A DNA stretch of 64,000 nucleotides from Deltaproteobacteria bacterium. GTDB taxonomy: Bacteria; Myxococcota_A; UBA796; GCA-2862545. The stretch covers positions 61,206-125,205 of the forward strand of contig REDI01000060.1 in NCBI GenBank assembly GCA_007693595.1. Direction: 5' to 3'. This document shows positions 1-9,179 of the stretch, piece by piece (the first letter of the stretch is position 1; each line of letters begins with the position of its first letter). The notes beneath the pieces are model-generated. The model ran no database searches. It was not told where the DNA came from and saw only the letters and a list, made by a program, of their open reading frames with translations. Both the position numbers and the translations under genes were made by a program.

Positions 1-70
1 CCCACGGCGAGGAATGGCGAGGCGGGTCGGGCGATGGGGGGCTCCCCTACCACCCGCCAGGCCAGGGGGT

Positions 71-772
71 TCAGCTCCCCGCTTCGGTTCGCCAGCCATC
101 CCGAAGACCGCAGGCCTGCTCGTTACCCGTGCTGATGCAGGCCTCGGCGGCGGGTAGCCAGTTGTCACGGCTGACCCGGTCGAAGTCGAGCCACTCGCGG
201 GCGGCGCTGTGGGCCTGGGTCTTGAGCTCTTCGGCCTTCTCTCGCGCCCCACTCTCGCCGCTCATCGCTTCTTTCTCGCCCTGTTCCCACATCTTGATGC
301 GGGCGTAGGTGCGGAGGCGCAGCAGGTGGTGGCTGCGGATGGTGAAGGTGTCGCCTTCCCAGCTATCGGCGCGTCGCTCGAAGGCGAGGTCGGCGAACCG
401 GACGGTGCCGCGATAGTCGGGATCCGCCTTGTTGAAGAGATAGTTGGCGTAGAGATAGGTGATGTCGGGATCGGACTGCTCGACTTCGTCGAGGTGTCGC
501 TGGACCAGGCGGGCCCACTCCGTCGTGTCGGAGACGTAGGCGTTGGCCATGAGCACGCGGCTGATCTTGCCCTTGTCTGTCTGGGTCTGGGCGTTGAGGT
601 AGCCCATCTCGAGGCAGGCGATCTGGGTCTCGTCGAGGGTGCCGCTCAGCGCGAGGGGCTCGAGGGTCTGCAGCGCGAGGACGTGCTCGCTGTAGTCGAC
701 GCACTCGGTCTCGCCAGCGGTGGCGACGCCCAAGCTGAGCGAGAGGGTGAGTAGAAAGGCGCGTGCACGCAT
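71..772 (-). CDS. hypothetical secreted protein (N-terminal signal peptide MRARAFLLTLSLSLGVATAG, several Cys)
   Basis: ORF 71..835 minus. An internal Met followed by a classic signal-peptide-like hydrophobic stretch gives the likely true start at 772. No recognisable catalytic motif. Confidence 0.5.
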   Translation of the reverse strand: MRARAFLLTLSLSLGVATAGETECVDYSEHVLALQTLEPLALSGTLDETQIACLEMGYLNAQTQTDKGKISRVLMANAYVSDTTEWARLVQRHLDEVEQSDPDITYLYANYLFNKADPDYRGTVRFADLAFERRADSWEGDTFTIRSHHLLRLRTYARIKMWEQGEKEAMSGESGAREKAEELKTQAHSAAREWLDFDRVSRDNWLPAAEACISTGNEQACGLRDGWRTEAGS

Positions 773-905
773 CGGACCTCCGGAGCGCGATCGTATAGCA
801 GGTTGGCGTTGCGTTCTCAACCAAAACCAGTGCAATAGATCGCGTCGCCCATCTCAGTGTAGCACGGGTGGCAGGCCGGTGTGGAGTTGATGCGAGAGGG
901 AGGCC

Positions 906-2405
906 ATGGCAGACTGCGCGGCCGGTGCGCGGCCGGTGCGCCGCTCGGTCCAAGGGGTCCGTTTGGCTTTCCCGACACTTCCTTTTGTTGCATTGTTCTT
1001 GCTCGTTCTCTCGACCGTATGGGCGATGGGGCAGAGGCGGGCGCTGCGCAACGTCACGCTGATCGCGGCCAGCTATTTCTTCTACGCTGGGCTCGACTGG
1101 AGACTGGCCGCCCTGCTCGGCGGGTCGTCCATCGCGAACTGGTGGCTCGGCGAGCGGATCGCCGCGAGCCAGGCGCCGGAGAGGGGCCGCTGGACCTTTC
1201 TCGGCGTGGCGTTGAACGTCGCCTTCCTTGGAGTTTTCAAGTACCTGGGCTTCTTTCTTGAGAACCTTCAAGATCTCGCGAGTTTGATGGGACTTGGCTC
1301 CCATGTGCCGGTGCTGGAGCTTCTGCTGCCCGTCGGGGTCAGCTTCTACACCTTTCAATCCATCGCCTACCTCGTGGATCTTCACCGAGGTTATGGACAC
1401 AAGGCGAAGAGCCTGCCCGATTACCTGCTCTTCATCAGCTTCTTTCCGCAGCTCTTGATCGGGCCGATCTGTCGCTCCCGCGATCTGCTCCCCCAGATCG
1501 AGGCACCGCCCCCGCGGCGGATCCCCAACCTCTCCTTGGCGGTCGTGCTCCTCGCGGGTGGCGTCTTCAAGAAGGTGGTGCTCGCCACCTACCTCCAGAC
1601 CCACCTGGTCGACGACGTCTTTTTGGCACCCGAGAACTACGGCTTTCTCGAGCTGATGATGGCAGCGTATGGCTACACCATCCAGCTCTACTGTGACTTC
1701 TCTGGCTACACCGACATGGCTCGCGGCCTGGGGCTGCTGCTCGGGTTTCACTTGCCCGAGAACTTCAATCAGCCCTACCGTTCGACGTCCATCGCCGAGT
1801 TCTGGCGCCGGTGGCACATGACCTTCGGGCATTGGCTGAGGGACTATCTCTACTTTCCACTCGGTGGCGGTCGTCGCTCGCCCCCGAGGGTCTACCTGAA
1901 CCTGATGATCACCCTCATGATCGCTGGGATCTGGCATGGGGCGCACTACAAGTTTCTGTTGTGGGGTGGCGTCCACGGCCTGGCGCTGGTGGCGCACAAG
2001 GTCCTGCAGGACGTCCGGCGGTTGCGGGGCCAAGACCCCAAGAAGATCACGTTTCCGGCCTGGTACGTCTTCCTGGCATGGGCCTATACCTTCCACCTCT
2101 GCGTGTTGGCGCGGATCCTCTTCCGCTCGCCCGATCTCGAGGTCGCTGGGACCTTCGCCTGGGGGCTGGTCGATGGGATGCTCTCGACGCAGCGCTCTGG
2201 ACCGGGCGTCGAGTGGCTGGTCTTCGTGGTCTTGGCGCTGGGGCTTGGGCTCAACTTCTTCGGGCATCATCTGCGCCGGTGGGCGGTTGCAGCGCACGAC
2301 GCCGTGCCCGCCTGGGCGCGACCGGCGGTCTGGGCCGCAGTGGGGCTGGGGATCTTGACGATCCAGCCCGACGACGTCGCCCCCTTCGTATACTTTCAGT
2401 TCTGA
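906..2405 (+). CDS. MBOAT family membrane-bound O-acyltransferase (AlgI/DltB/PatA-like)
   Basis: 499 aa and multi-pass hydrophobic. It carries MBOAT signature segments (FYTFQSIAYLVDLHRG; WRRWHMTFGHWLRDYLYFPLGG; IAGIWHGAHYKFLLWG, with the conserved His). ATG at 906 is preceded by GAGGGAGG. Confidence 0.85.
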   Translation: MADCAAGARPVRRSVQGVRLAFPTLPFVALFLLVLSTVWAMGQRRALRNVTLIAASYFFYAGLDWRLAALLGGSSIANWWLGERIAASQAPERGRWTFLGVALNVAFLGVFKYLGFFLENLQDLASLMGLGSHVPVLELLLPVGVSFYTFQSIAYLVDLHRGYGHKAKSLPDYLLFISFFPQLLIGPICRSRDLLPQIEAPPPRRIPNLSLAVVLLAGGVFKKVVLATYLQTHLVDDVFLAPENYGFLELMMAAYGYTIQLYCDFSGYTDMARGLGLLLGFHLPENFNQPYRSTSIAEFWRRWHMTFGHWLRDYLYFPLGGGRRSPPRVYLNLMITLMIAGIWHGAHYKFLLWGGVHGLALVAHKVLQDVRRLRGQDPKKITFPAWYVFLAWAYTFHLCVLARILFRSPDLEVAGTFAWGLVDGMLSTQRSGPGVEWLVFVVLALGLGLNFFGHHLRRWAVAAHDAVPAWARPAVWAAVGLGILTIQPDDVAPFVYFQF

Positions 2406-2418
2406 TCCCGGAGCGAAC

Positions 2419-4248
2419 ATGCCCTCCCGCGTCGCAGACATCTACCGCGTCGTCAAACCGAGCGTGCGGACCTGGTCGAGGCCCGTCGCGGTTGTGCTTG
2501 GAGCCTGGATCGTCGCCGTGTTGTTGGGGGCGTGGAGCGCCCCAGAGATCCGAGCCTTTCTCGTCGAGCGAGACGAGTTGCCGCTCGGTGAGCCGCTCGT
2601 GGAGGCGGCGCTCGCGGTCGAGGGGGCTGCTGAGGCCGCGGGACTTCTCCCTCTCCGCCGCCAGCTCGAGTCGGGCGTTCAGCCCATCAAGCGACCGGCG
2701 ATCATCCTGGGTCGTAAGTCGCCGCCGCGCCCACCCGAGGCGAGCACCCCCGATCCCCTGCCCGCCGAGCCCGAAGGCCAGGTGCAGGCCGAGCCGGAGC
2801 CCGCAGGTCCAGGGGAGCGCTGGGTCAGTCCCGCAGACGAAGGGGGCGACCGCGTCGAGCGGATCCTGATGGTCGGCGCCAGCAGCATTCAGTACTATCT
2901 TGGCACCGAGCTAGAGCGGGCCATCAAGGGCCGGTATTCTACGATCTCTGTGCACCGTAAGGGTAAGCTTGGCACCGGCCTCGTGCGCGATGATGTCTTC
3001 GACTGGCAGGCCGAGGTCAGCGCGCTCATCGAGGAACATCGCCCACAGGTGGTGCTCTGCCAGTTTGGGGGGAACGACGCGCAACCCATCCTTGTTGAGG
3101 GACGAAAGGTGTCGGTGGGCGCTCCCGGTTGGGAAGAAGCGTACGAAGAGCGCGTGGTCGCCATGGCGGAGCTCATCCGTGACGCCGGGGCGCTCCCGGT
3201 ATTCCTCGGCATGCCCATCATGCGCGACAAGGGCTTCACCGGCCGCGTGGAGCGGGTGAACAAGGTGACCCAGCGTGCCGTGGAGCGCACCGGGGCTCGC
3301 TACATCGATCTGTGGGATCTCGCGGCGAGTCCCGATGGAGGCTACCGAATCGAGGTCGAGGTCGGGGGGCGTCGCACGCTCATGCGCCTCGAAGACGGCA
3401 TCCACTTCACGCGCGCAGGGGCGCAGTACCTAGCCGAGAACCTGATACGACGCCTCGAGCAGCAGCTCCCCCTCGTCCCCGACGACGACCTGGCTATCGC
3501 GATCCCCTCGCGGATCGACTCCCAAGCGCGGGGCCGTAGCGTCCCTCATCTCGCCTTTGTCCCGCGAGAGGTCCCCCCGGAGGGCCTCCCGGTGCTGGTC
3601 CTGCTACACGGGGCTTACGGGGGGTGGACCGACTGGTCCGAGCGGGCTCATGAGGACCTCCGACGACTCGCGAAGAGACACCGCCTCATCTTGGTCCTCG
3701 CCGATGGAGACCCCTTCGGCTGGTACTTGGATAGCGATGAAGTCCCCGGTGCCAAGATCCATACCTATCTGGTCGACGAGCTCCTCCCCTCCTTCGCGCG
3801 AGATCTTCCGGTGTCGGGGCCCGTCAGCATGATGGGGCTGAGCATGGGGGGGCACGGCGCCTTGATCACGGCGCTGCGTCGGCCGGGCCTGCTCACCTCG
3901 GCCTCCTCGATCAGCGGCGCGCTCGATCTGGCCCATGCACGGTCGCGAAAGCAGCTCCAAGAGCGCCTCGGACTCTACGAATCCAATCCCAAAGCCTGGC
4001 ATGAGTGGTCGGTCCTTCACCGGCTGCAGTCGGATCCCGATCCAGGGCTGCCAATCAAGATGACCTGTGGACGGGAGGACAAGGTGTGGGTCCAGGCGAG
4101 CCGCGATGTGCACCGAGTCCTCGTCGATGCGGGAGTTGAACACGCCTACGTCGAGGTCTCGGGCGGACACACATGGGAGGTCTGGAGCGGCGCGCTCCCC
4201 GATCACGTCGCCTTTCACGCCGAGCACCTTCACCACAAGGCGCCCTGA
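2419..4248 (+). CDS. membrane-anchored SGNH/GDSL hydrolase fused to a C-terminal esterase-D-like alpha/beta hydrolase (putative O-acetyltransferase partner)
   Basis: 609 aa with an N-terminal TM helix. The central region looks like an SGNH fold (MVGASSIQYYLG...QFGGNDAQP...DGIHFT). The C-terminal region carries an esterase motif (LLHGAYGGW...MMGLSMGGHGAL). The start is 14 nt after the MBOAT stop, with a GGAGCG RBS. Confidence 0.8.
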   Translation: MPSRVADIYRVVKPSVRTWSRPVAVVLGAWIVAVLLGAWSAPEIRAFLVERDELPLGEPLVEAALAVEGAAEAAGLLPLRRQLESGVQPIKRPAIILGRKSPPRPPEASTPDPLPAEPEGQVQAEPEPAGPGERWVSPADEGGDRVERILMVGASSIQYYLGTELERAIKGRYSTISVHRKGKLGTGLVRDDVFDWQAEVSALIEEHRPQVVLCQFGGNDAQPILVEGRKVSVGAPGWEEAYEERVVAMAELIRDAGALPVFLGMPIMRDKGFTGRVERVNKVTQRAVERTGARYIDLWDLAASPDGGYRIEVEVGGRRTLMRLEDGIHFTRAGAQYLAENLIRRLEQQLPLVPDDDLAIAIPSRIDSQARGRSVPHLAFVPREVPPEGLPVLVLLHGAYGGWTDWSERAHEDLRRLAKRHRLILVLADGDPFGWYLDSDEVPGAKIHTYLVDELLPSFARDLPVSGPVSMMGLSMGGHGALITALRRPGLLTSASSISGALDLAHARSRKQLQERLGLYESNPKAWHEWSVLHRLQSDPDPGLPIKMTCGREDKVWVQASRDVHRVLVDAGVEHAYVEVSGGHTWEVWSGALPDHVAFHAEHLHHKAP

Positions 4249-4341
4249 TCCCGCACCAGCTCTCGGGGGCCCTCGGTGTATACTGCCGGCCCGTCCTCGC
4301 GCCTACGCGCCGTTAGAGGGGGGGTGGAGCAAGGAGGCCCC

Positions 4342-5082
4342 TTGGCGAAAGGCAGCTACCGCAAGAAGCGCCTGAGAGTTCTCGAAGAGCTCGAGAGCGT
4401 CGATCCACAGTGGGCGGAGCAGCTGCACGAGCTTCGAACGACCAACCCCCAAGCTTACCGAAAAGAGATGATGAAGGTCGATGTCATGCTCGCCGCGAAG
4501 CTGAACCGCCCCACGATCCTGAGCATGCGCCCAAAGCGCTTCGGGGGCGACGAGGATCCCGTGCTGGCCCGCAGGGTCCAGGAGCTTCGCAAGCACTTTC
4601 GCTCCCTTGAGAGCCTGATGCTCTTTCGACCTGGCGGCGACGAAGACGACGAAGACGACGACGAAGGGGAAGACGGCGAGGCGTCGAGCGAGGGTCAAGC
4701 GCCGAAGCGCTTTCGAGGGCAGGGGGATCCGACGCCCGATCTGCCGAGCGAAGACCTCAGACCCGCGGAGGGGAGCGCGTCCCAGGGGCGTAGCCCCAAG
4801 CCCGATCGCACCGATGTGGGTGAGGGCAAGCCCTATCTGGGGCGGAGGCCGGGATCGCCGGGTCCGCGCTCGGAACGGGATCCGATCATCCGCGACCCCG
4901 ACGAGATCCGCGAGGGTCCGGCAGGCCCGGATCTCTCAGCCTTGCTCGCGGGCACCGTCGCAGAGGTCAAGTCTGCCATCGGCTCGGGGGACTACGACGA
5001 CAACCTCGACGCGATCGAGGCCCTGGAGCGTGCGGGCAAAGGTCGAAAAGGAGTGCTCGGCGCCCTCGAGGCCCGTCGGTGA
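4342..5082 (+). CDS. hypothetical protein with a poly-acidic (D/E-rich) low-complexity segment
   Basis: ORF 4276..5082. An in-frame TTG at 4342 sits 5 nt after a strong AAGGAGG motif and is the likely start. The DEDDEDDDEGEDGE stretch and Pro/Arg-rich C-terminus suggest a disordered protein. Confidence 0.5.
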   Translation: MAKGSYRKKRLRVLEELESVDPQWAEQLHELRTTNPQAYRKEMMKVDVMLAAKLNRPTILSMRPKRFGGDEDPVLARRVQELRKHFRSLESLMLFRPGGDEDDEDDDEGEDGEASSEGQAPKRFRGQGDPTPDLPSEDLRPAEGSASQGRSPKPDRTDVGEGKPYLGRRPGSPGPRSERDPIIRDPDEIREGPAGPDLSALLAGTVAEVKSAIGSGDYDDNLDAIEALERAGKGRKGVLGALEARR

Positions 5083-5102
5083 AGGGAGGGCCGTTTGCAC
5101 AG

Positions 5103-5143
5103 GATTCACTACGACGCGTTCAGACGTCTCAAGTGGTGAATCG
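5103..5143. promoter_or_regulatory. AT-richer inverted repeat GATTCACTAC-N21-GTGGTGAATC, enclosing palindromes ACGCGT and AGACGTCT
   Basis: Read directly. It forms a local low-GC island in the 150-nt gap between the 4342..5082 gene and the lipoprotein gene starting at 5232. It is a candidate operator or other protein-binding site. Confidence 0.3.
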
Positions 5144-5231
5144 GCAAGAACCGCGCAAGGGGTGGGGCGGGGCGTTGGCGGAGGGGTGCATTGGGAGATA
5201 AGATGGCTCGCTCTCGACTCAGGAGGTCCCT

Positions 5232-6008
5232 ATGCTTCGCACGCTCTCCCTCGCCGTCCTCATCGGATGTGCAGGCCAGCTCCGAGTCAACGAAGCAGAG
5301 CAAGAGCTCGGGTCCGACCAAGTGGATCAGGAGTCCGAGCTCGACACCTCGCGCTACGATGGCGCGAGCCTTCGGATCGTCGAGCCCTCCTCGGCCTCCT
5401 TCCTGCCATGGGGTGATTCCCACACGTTCCGCGCCGAGGTGCGCAGCGCTCAGGGCGAGCTCTTGGAGTCGGTCGACGAGATCCGCTGGAGCTCTTCGGC
5501 CGATGTCAGCTGGGAGCCGGTCGAGCCTGTCTTCTCCGACGACCGCCTCGACGTGGGGCTGCACGACCTCACCGCCGAAGTGCAGCTCCCCAACGGGGAC
5601 CGGCTCGCTCACACCGTGGGCGGGGTGCTGGTCCAAGCCGAGTCGGCGGGCACGTACGTCGGCACGGTCACGGCCAACTTCACGCTCTCGGACTTCCCGG
5701 TCAACTGCGCCGGCACCTCGACCCTCGTCGTCGACCCCTACGGCGAGCTCGTCGATGGGACCGCCACCTGCGTCGGGGGGCTGGGCGACGTGGAGATCCC
5801 CCTGGACTTCGTGGTCGAAGCCGATCATGAGGCGGGCGATGTCGACGGCGTCGTCGCGGTGCGGGTCATGGCCTTCAGCTTGGATTTTGGCTCCGAAGGC
5901 AGCCTCCAAGGCGAAGACCTGGGCATGGACTTTCGGGGTGAGCTCTTCGGCTCCGATCTCAACGGCCGGGTTCGGACTCGACGGATCAGCCGCGACGCGG
6001 GTCTTTGA
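5232..6008 (+). CDS. hypothetical lipoprotein
   Basis: N-terminus MLRTLSLAVLIGCAG has a lipobox LIGC. 258 aa with no catalytic motif recognised. Its stop overlaps the start of the next gene. Confidence 0.55.
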   Translation: MLRTLSLAVLIGCAGQLRVNEAEQELGSDQVDQESELDTSRYDGASLRIVEPSSASFLPWGDSHTFRAEVRSAQGELLESVDEIRWSSSADVSWEPVEPVFSDDRLDVGLHDLTAEVQLPNGDRLAHTVGGVLVQAESAGTYVGTVTANFTLSDFPVNCAGTSTLVVDPYGELVDGTATCVGGLGDVEIPLDFVVEADHEAGDVDGVVAVRVMAFSLDFGSEGSLQGEDLGMDFRGELFGSDLNGRVRTRRISRDAGL

Positions 6009-6601
6009 TCTCACGCGGCGCTTGGATGCTCCTCGGCCTGGGGCTCATCGGGTGTGTCTCTCCCAGGGTGCTCCGGCTTGAGTCGGATCTGACGCGCCTG
6101 CAGAACGAGGCGCTCACGCGCCAGGTCGCAGAGCTCGAAGCGGGTGCTGGCTGCCCCGAAGACTTCGTGCGGAACCCCTCGCTCGACGACGTCGAGGCCT
6201 ACCTGGACCGCGCGGGCTACGTCTATCATCGCGCACCCGACGACAAGTTTGTAAGACTCGAGTATGCAGGACGCAACACGAGTTTCGGCGTGCGGGTGCA
6301 GCTCTTTGAGCCTCAGAAGGTCCTCTTTTTGTCCACCACCAGCTACCTGCGTCTCGAAGAGGCCACCGATAGCGGGTCGGTGATCGCGCTGCTCGTGCAG
6401 CTCGCTGCGCTGAACTACGAGCTCCTTCTTGGCAAGTTTCAGCTCGACCCTGAGTCGGGCGAGATCCTGCTCTCGCTCGAGCTGCCCCTCAACGATGGCG
6501 TGGGGTACGGCAGCTTCGTCAGGATGCTCGATCAGATCACGCGTACCGCGGATGAACGCTTCATCCAGCTCAAGAGGGCCGTGTCGGGGCACGGGCTCTG
6601 A
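6005..6601 (+). CDS. YbjN-like domain lipoprotein (putative sensory-transduction/T3SS-chaperone-like fold)
   Basis: N-terminal lipobox GLGLIGC. The C-terminal ~130 aa resemble the YbjN family (YVYHRAPDDKFVRLEY...SFGVRVQLFE...LLVQLAALNYELLLGKFQLDPESGEILLSLELPL). An alternative start lies at 6026. Confidence 0.55.
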   Translation: MISRGAWMLLGLGLIGCVSPRVLRLESDLTRLQNEALTRQVAELEAGAGCPEDFVRNPSLDDVEAYLDRAGYVYHRAPDDKFVRLEYAGRNTSFGVRVQLFEPQKVLFLSTTSYLRLEEATDSGSVIALLVQLAALNYELLLGKFQLDPESGEILLSLELPLNDGVGYGSFVRMLDQITRTADERFIQLKRAVSGHGL

Positions 6602-6687
6602 GGGTGTGGGTTCGGCCACCTCGCGGAGACGGCGGTCTCGCGGGCGCGGGGTCCGTGGGTTAGGTCCGAGTGTCCCAGGAGGATGTC

Positions 6688-6924
6688 TTGGCAGACAAGT
6701 CGATCAAGTGGCGCGATAACGTACCTGGAAAGTTCTACGTCGATCAGGAGTGCATCCTCTGCTCGGTCTGCTCCGACGCGGCTCCGAACAACTTTCGAAT
6801 GTCCGACGACGAAGATCACGACATCGTGTTCAAGCAGCCCGAGAACGACGAAGAGCTCGCCCAGTGCTACGAGGCCATGGAGAACTGCCCCGTCGAGGCC
6901 ATCGGCGACGACGGCGACGAGTGA
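6688..6924 (+). CDS. small ferredoxin (single [3Fe-4S]/[4Fe-4S] cluster type)
   Basis: YVDQECILCSVCSDAAPNNF ... ENCPVEAI is a Cys-X2-Cys-X2-Cys ... Cys-Pro pattern. A TTG at 6688 lies 5 nt after CCAGGAGG. The ORF tool start, GTG at 6670, is also possible. Confidence 0.65.
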   Translation: MADKSIKWRDNVPGKFYVDQECILCSVCSDAAPNNFRMSDDEDHDIVFKQPENDEELAQCYEAMENCPVEAIGDDGDE

Positions 6925-6937
6925 GCTGTCTTAGTCT

Positions 6938-7951
6938 CTACTGAAGCCCTTGCAGCTCCTCTTTTCGGTCGCGCCCCATCAGCTCCGTGAGCGCTCGGGC
7001 GGCGGGGCGCCCCTCGTAGAGCATGGCGTAGACCTGCTCGGTAATCGGCATCTCGATGCCGACCTTTCGCCCCAGGGCTCGGGCGGATCGCGCCGTGACG
7101 ACGCCCTCGGCGACCTCGCCCAGCTCCCCGAGAATGTCGTCGAGGGAACGGCCCTCACCGAGGGCGAGCCCCACCCGTCGGTTGCGCGAGAGGCTGCCGG
7201 TGCAGGTGAGCACCAGGTCCCCCATGCCTGCGAGCCCGGCCATGGTGAGGGGGTTCGCACCCAAGGCCACGGCGAGCCGGGTGATCTCGGCCAGGCCCCT
7301 CGTGATGAGGGCGGCGCGGGCGTTGGCGCCAAGACCGGCGCCGTCGGATACGCCACAGGCGATGGCCATGACGTTCTTCAGGGACCCTCCGATGGCGACG
7401 CCGACGAGGTCATCGCTGCTGTAGACGCGAAGGTTGTCGCCGTGAAAGGCCTCGGTCGCCGGCCGGGCCGCATGGGGCGGACCAGCGCAGACGATCGCGG
7501 TTGGAAGGCCGAGCGCAAGCTCCGCCGCGAAGGATGGGCCGTAGAGCAAGCTGACGGTCGACGCATGCTCGGGCGAGAGGAGATCCTTGAGGACCTCCGG
7601 CATGGTCGCGCCCGTGCCTTCCTCGATCCCCTTTGTAGCACAGCACACAGAAGCGCCGGGCTGGAGCGTGCTGGCGATCGGGTCCATCACGTCGCGCAGG
7701 GCGTGCGAGGGCACCACCGGGACCAGCAGCTCGGCACGATAGGCAGCCTTGTTGAGGTCCGGCTCGGCGCGGAGGCCGGCAGGCAGAGGAACATCGCGCA
7801 GATAGCGTGGATTGCGACGCTGTTCGTCGATGTGGACACAGCGCTCGGGGTTGCGATCCCAGATCACGACCTCGTGCCCGCGTCGGACGAGGTGGATCGC
7901 GAGGGCGGTGCCCCATGAACCCGCGCCTAGTACCGTACATCTCATGCTCAT
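6938..7951 (-). CDS. gpsA: NAD(P)H-dependent glycerol-3-phosphate dehydrogenase
   Basis: MSMRCTVLGAGSWGTALAIHL is a Rossmann GxGxxG. Length (338 aa) and overall collinearity fit GpsA. The upstream 62 codons of the ORF track are Pro/Arg-rich extension and were rejected. Confidence 0.9.
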   Translation of the reverse strand: MSMRCTVLGAGSWGTALAIHLVRRGHEVVIWDRNPERCVHIDEQRRNPRYLRDVPLPAGLRAEPDLNKAAYRAELLVPVVPSHALRDVMDPIASTLQPGASVCCATKGIEEGTGATMPEVLKDLLSPEHASTVSLLYGPSFAAELALGLPTAIVCAGPPHAARPATEAFHGDNLRVYSSDDLVGVAIGGSLKNVMAIACGVSDGAGLGANARAALITRGLAEITRLAVALGANPLTMAGLAGMGDLVLTCTGSLSRNRRVGLALGEGRSLDDILGELGEVAEGVVTARSARALGRKVGIEMPITEQVYAMLYEGRPAARALTELMGRDRKEELQGLQ

Positions 7952-8183
7952 ACCACACTCCTTGGCCCCCGCTTGTGGCAGGGGCGCTGGGTGGCGCGTG
8001 CGAGGGGAGGGGAGCTCGCCTCGCTCGGGTCGGTCGAAAGGGTCGGACCGCGTCGCCTCGACCAGAATAGGTGGCCTTCGGGGCGTGGTCAATGCCTGGC
8101 GGTTGCTCTCGACGCACGGTGCGGGTAGGAACCCCACTCACCGAGCGTGTGGCGTCTGGGCGCCATGGAACGAGGAAGCGCCG

Positions 8184-9179
8184 ATGCGGCTGGGTATGGT
8201 CATTACGCGGGCGTCCTCCCTCGACGCGACCTGGACGACGGTCGCGCTGATCCACGCCGCGCTTCAACTCGGTCACGACGTGCGGGTCATCGAGCGGAGC
8301 GATCTCGAGGTCGACGCCGGCGGTCGGGTCGTGGCGCGGGCCCATGCCTTCGAGCCGCCCGCTTGTTCGGCGGAGCGCCTGGCCGAAGACCTGCGCAAGC
8401 GCTTCGCGCGTCGTTGCTTCGTCGATGTGGAGCGTCTCGATGTGCTGCTACTTCGGAGCGCTCCGCTGAGCTCCGACCTGCTCACCTTCGCCCAGATCGC
8501 CAAGGACCGCGGGGTGAGGGTCGTGAACGATCCCGATGGACTGGCCCGTGTCTCAAACAAGGGCTGGCTCGCGTCGCTGCCCGACGTGCCGACGCCAGCG
8601 ACCCTGGTCACCCGAAGCGTAGGGGCGGCAGCCGTCTTCTACCGCTCCCAACGGTCGGGCGTGGTGATCAAGCCTCCACGGGGCTCGGGGGGACGGGATG
8701 TCGTCCGCGTGCCCGCAGGCCAGAGCGCCACCTTCGAGAAGGTCTTCTCGGCGTGTCGTCGAGCCGAGGCGCACGTCGTCGTGCAGGCTTATCTGCCAGC
8801 CGCCGAGCGTGGTGAGAAGCGTCTACTCTGGCTCGACGGAGAGATCCTCGGCGGATACCTCCGCACACGCGCCCCAGGGGAGTTTCGCCACAACCTCAAG
8901 CGGGGCGCTCAGGCCTCCCCGATCGAGGTCACCGAGGCGGAGCGAATCCTGCTCCAGCCGCTGCGGCGGCATCTCACCACGATCGGGATCCGTTTCGCGG
9001 GACTCGACCTCATCGGAGAGCACCTCGTCGAGGTCAACGCCGTGAATCCTGGCGGAACCTTCCACACCGATCGGCTCACCGGCTCGACCCACGCCACTAC
9101 GGTCATCTCAACCCTCACCCAGGGGCCCACGCCCCGCTGCAGCACGGAGGTTCGCTCATGGGCTCTCCCCGAACCCTGA
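8184..9179 (+). CDS. gshB: glutathione synthetase-like ATP-grasp enzyme
   Basis: It is collinear with GshB blocks: MRLGMVI (KLGIVMD-like), DVLLLRSAPL, VVIKPPRGSGGRDV, YLPAAERGEKRLLWLDGE, GLDLIGEHLVEVNAVNPGG. ATG is preceded by GAGGAAG. Confidence 0.8.
   Translation: MRLGMVITRASSLDATWTTVALIHAALQLGHDVRVIERSDLEVDAGGRVVARAHAFEPPACSAERLAEDLRKRFARRCFVDVERLDVLLLRSAPLSSDLLTFAQIAKDRGVRVVNDPDGLARVSNKGWLASLPDVPTPATLVTRSVGAAAVFYRSQRSGVVIKPPRGSGGRDVVRVPAGQSATFEKVFSACRRAEAHVVVQAYLPAAERGEKRLLWLDGEILGGYLRTRAPGEFRHNLKRGAQASPIEVTEAERILLQPLRRHLTTIGIRFAGLDLIGEHLVEVNAVNPGGTFHTDRLTGSTHATTVISTLTQGPTPRCSTEVRSWALPEP

Noticed and set aside
363-2441. 692-aa minus-strand ORF
   Set aside because: It runs antisense to the well-supported MBOAT gene, with an Arg/Pro/Gly-rich composition typical of high-GC antisense artefacts.
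6604-6640. Imperfect GC-rich inverted repeat after the YbjN-like gene (CGCGGAGAC...GTCTCGCG)
   Set aside because: It could be an intrinsic terminator stem, but it contains an indel and no T-tract, so I was not confident enough to call it a feature.
6938-8137. 62-codon N-terminal extension of gpsA in the ORF track
   Set aside because: The Rossmann motif begins right after the internal MSM, and the extension is Pro/Arg-rich and overlaps the divergent gshB upstream region.
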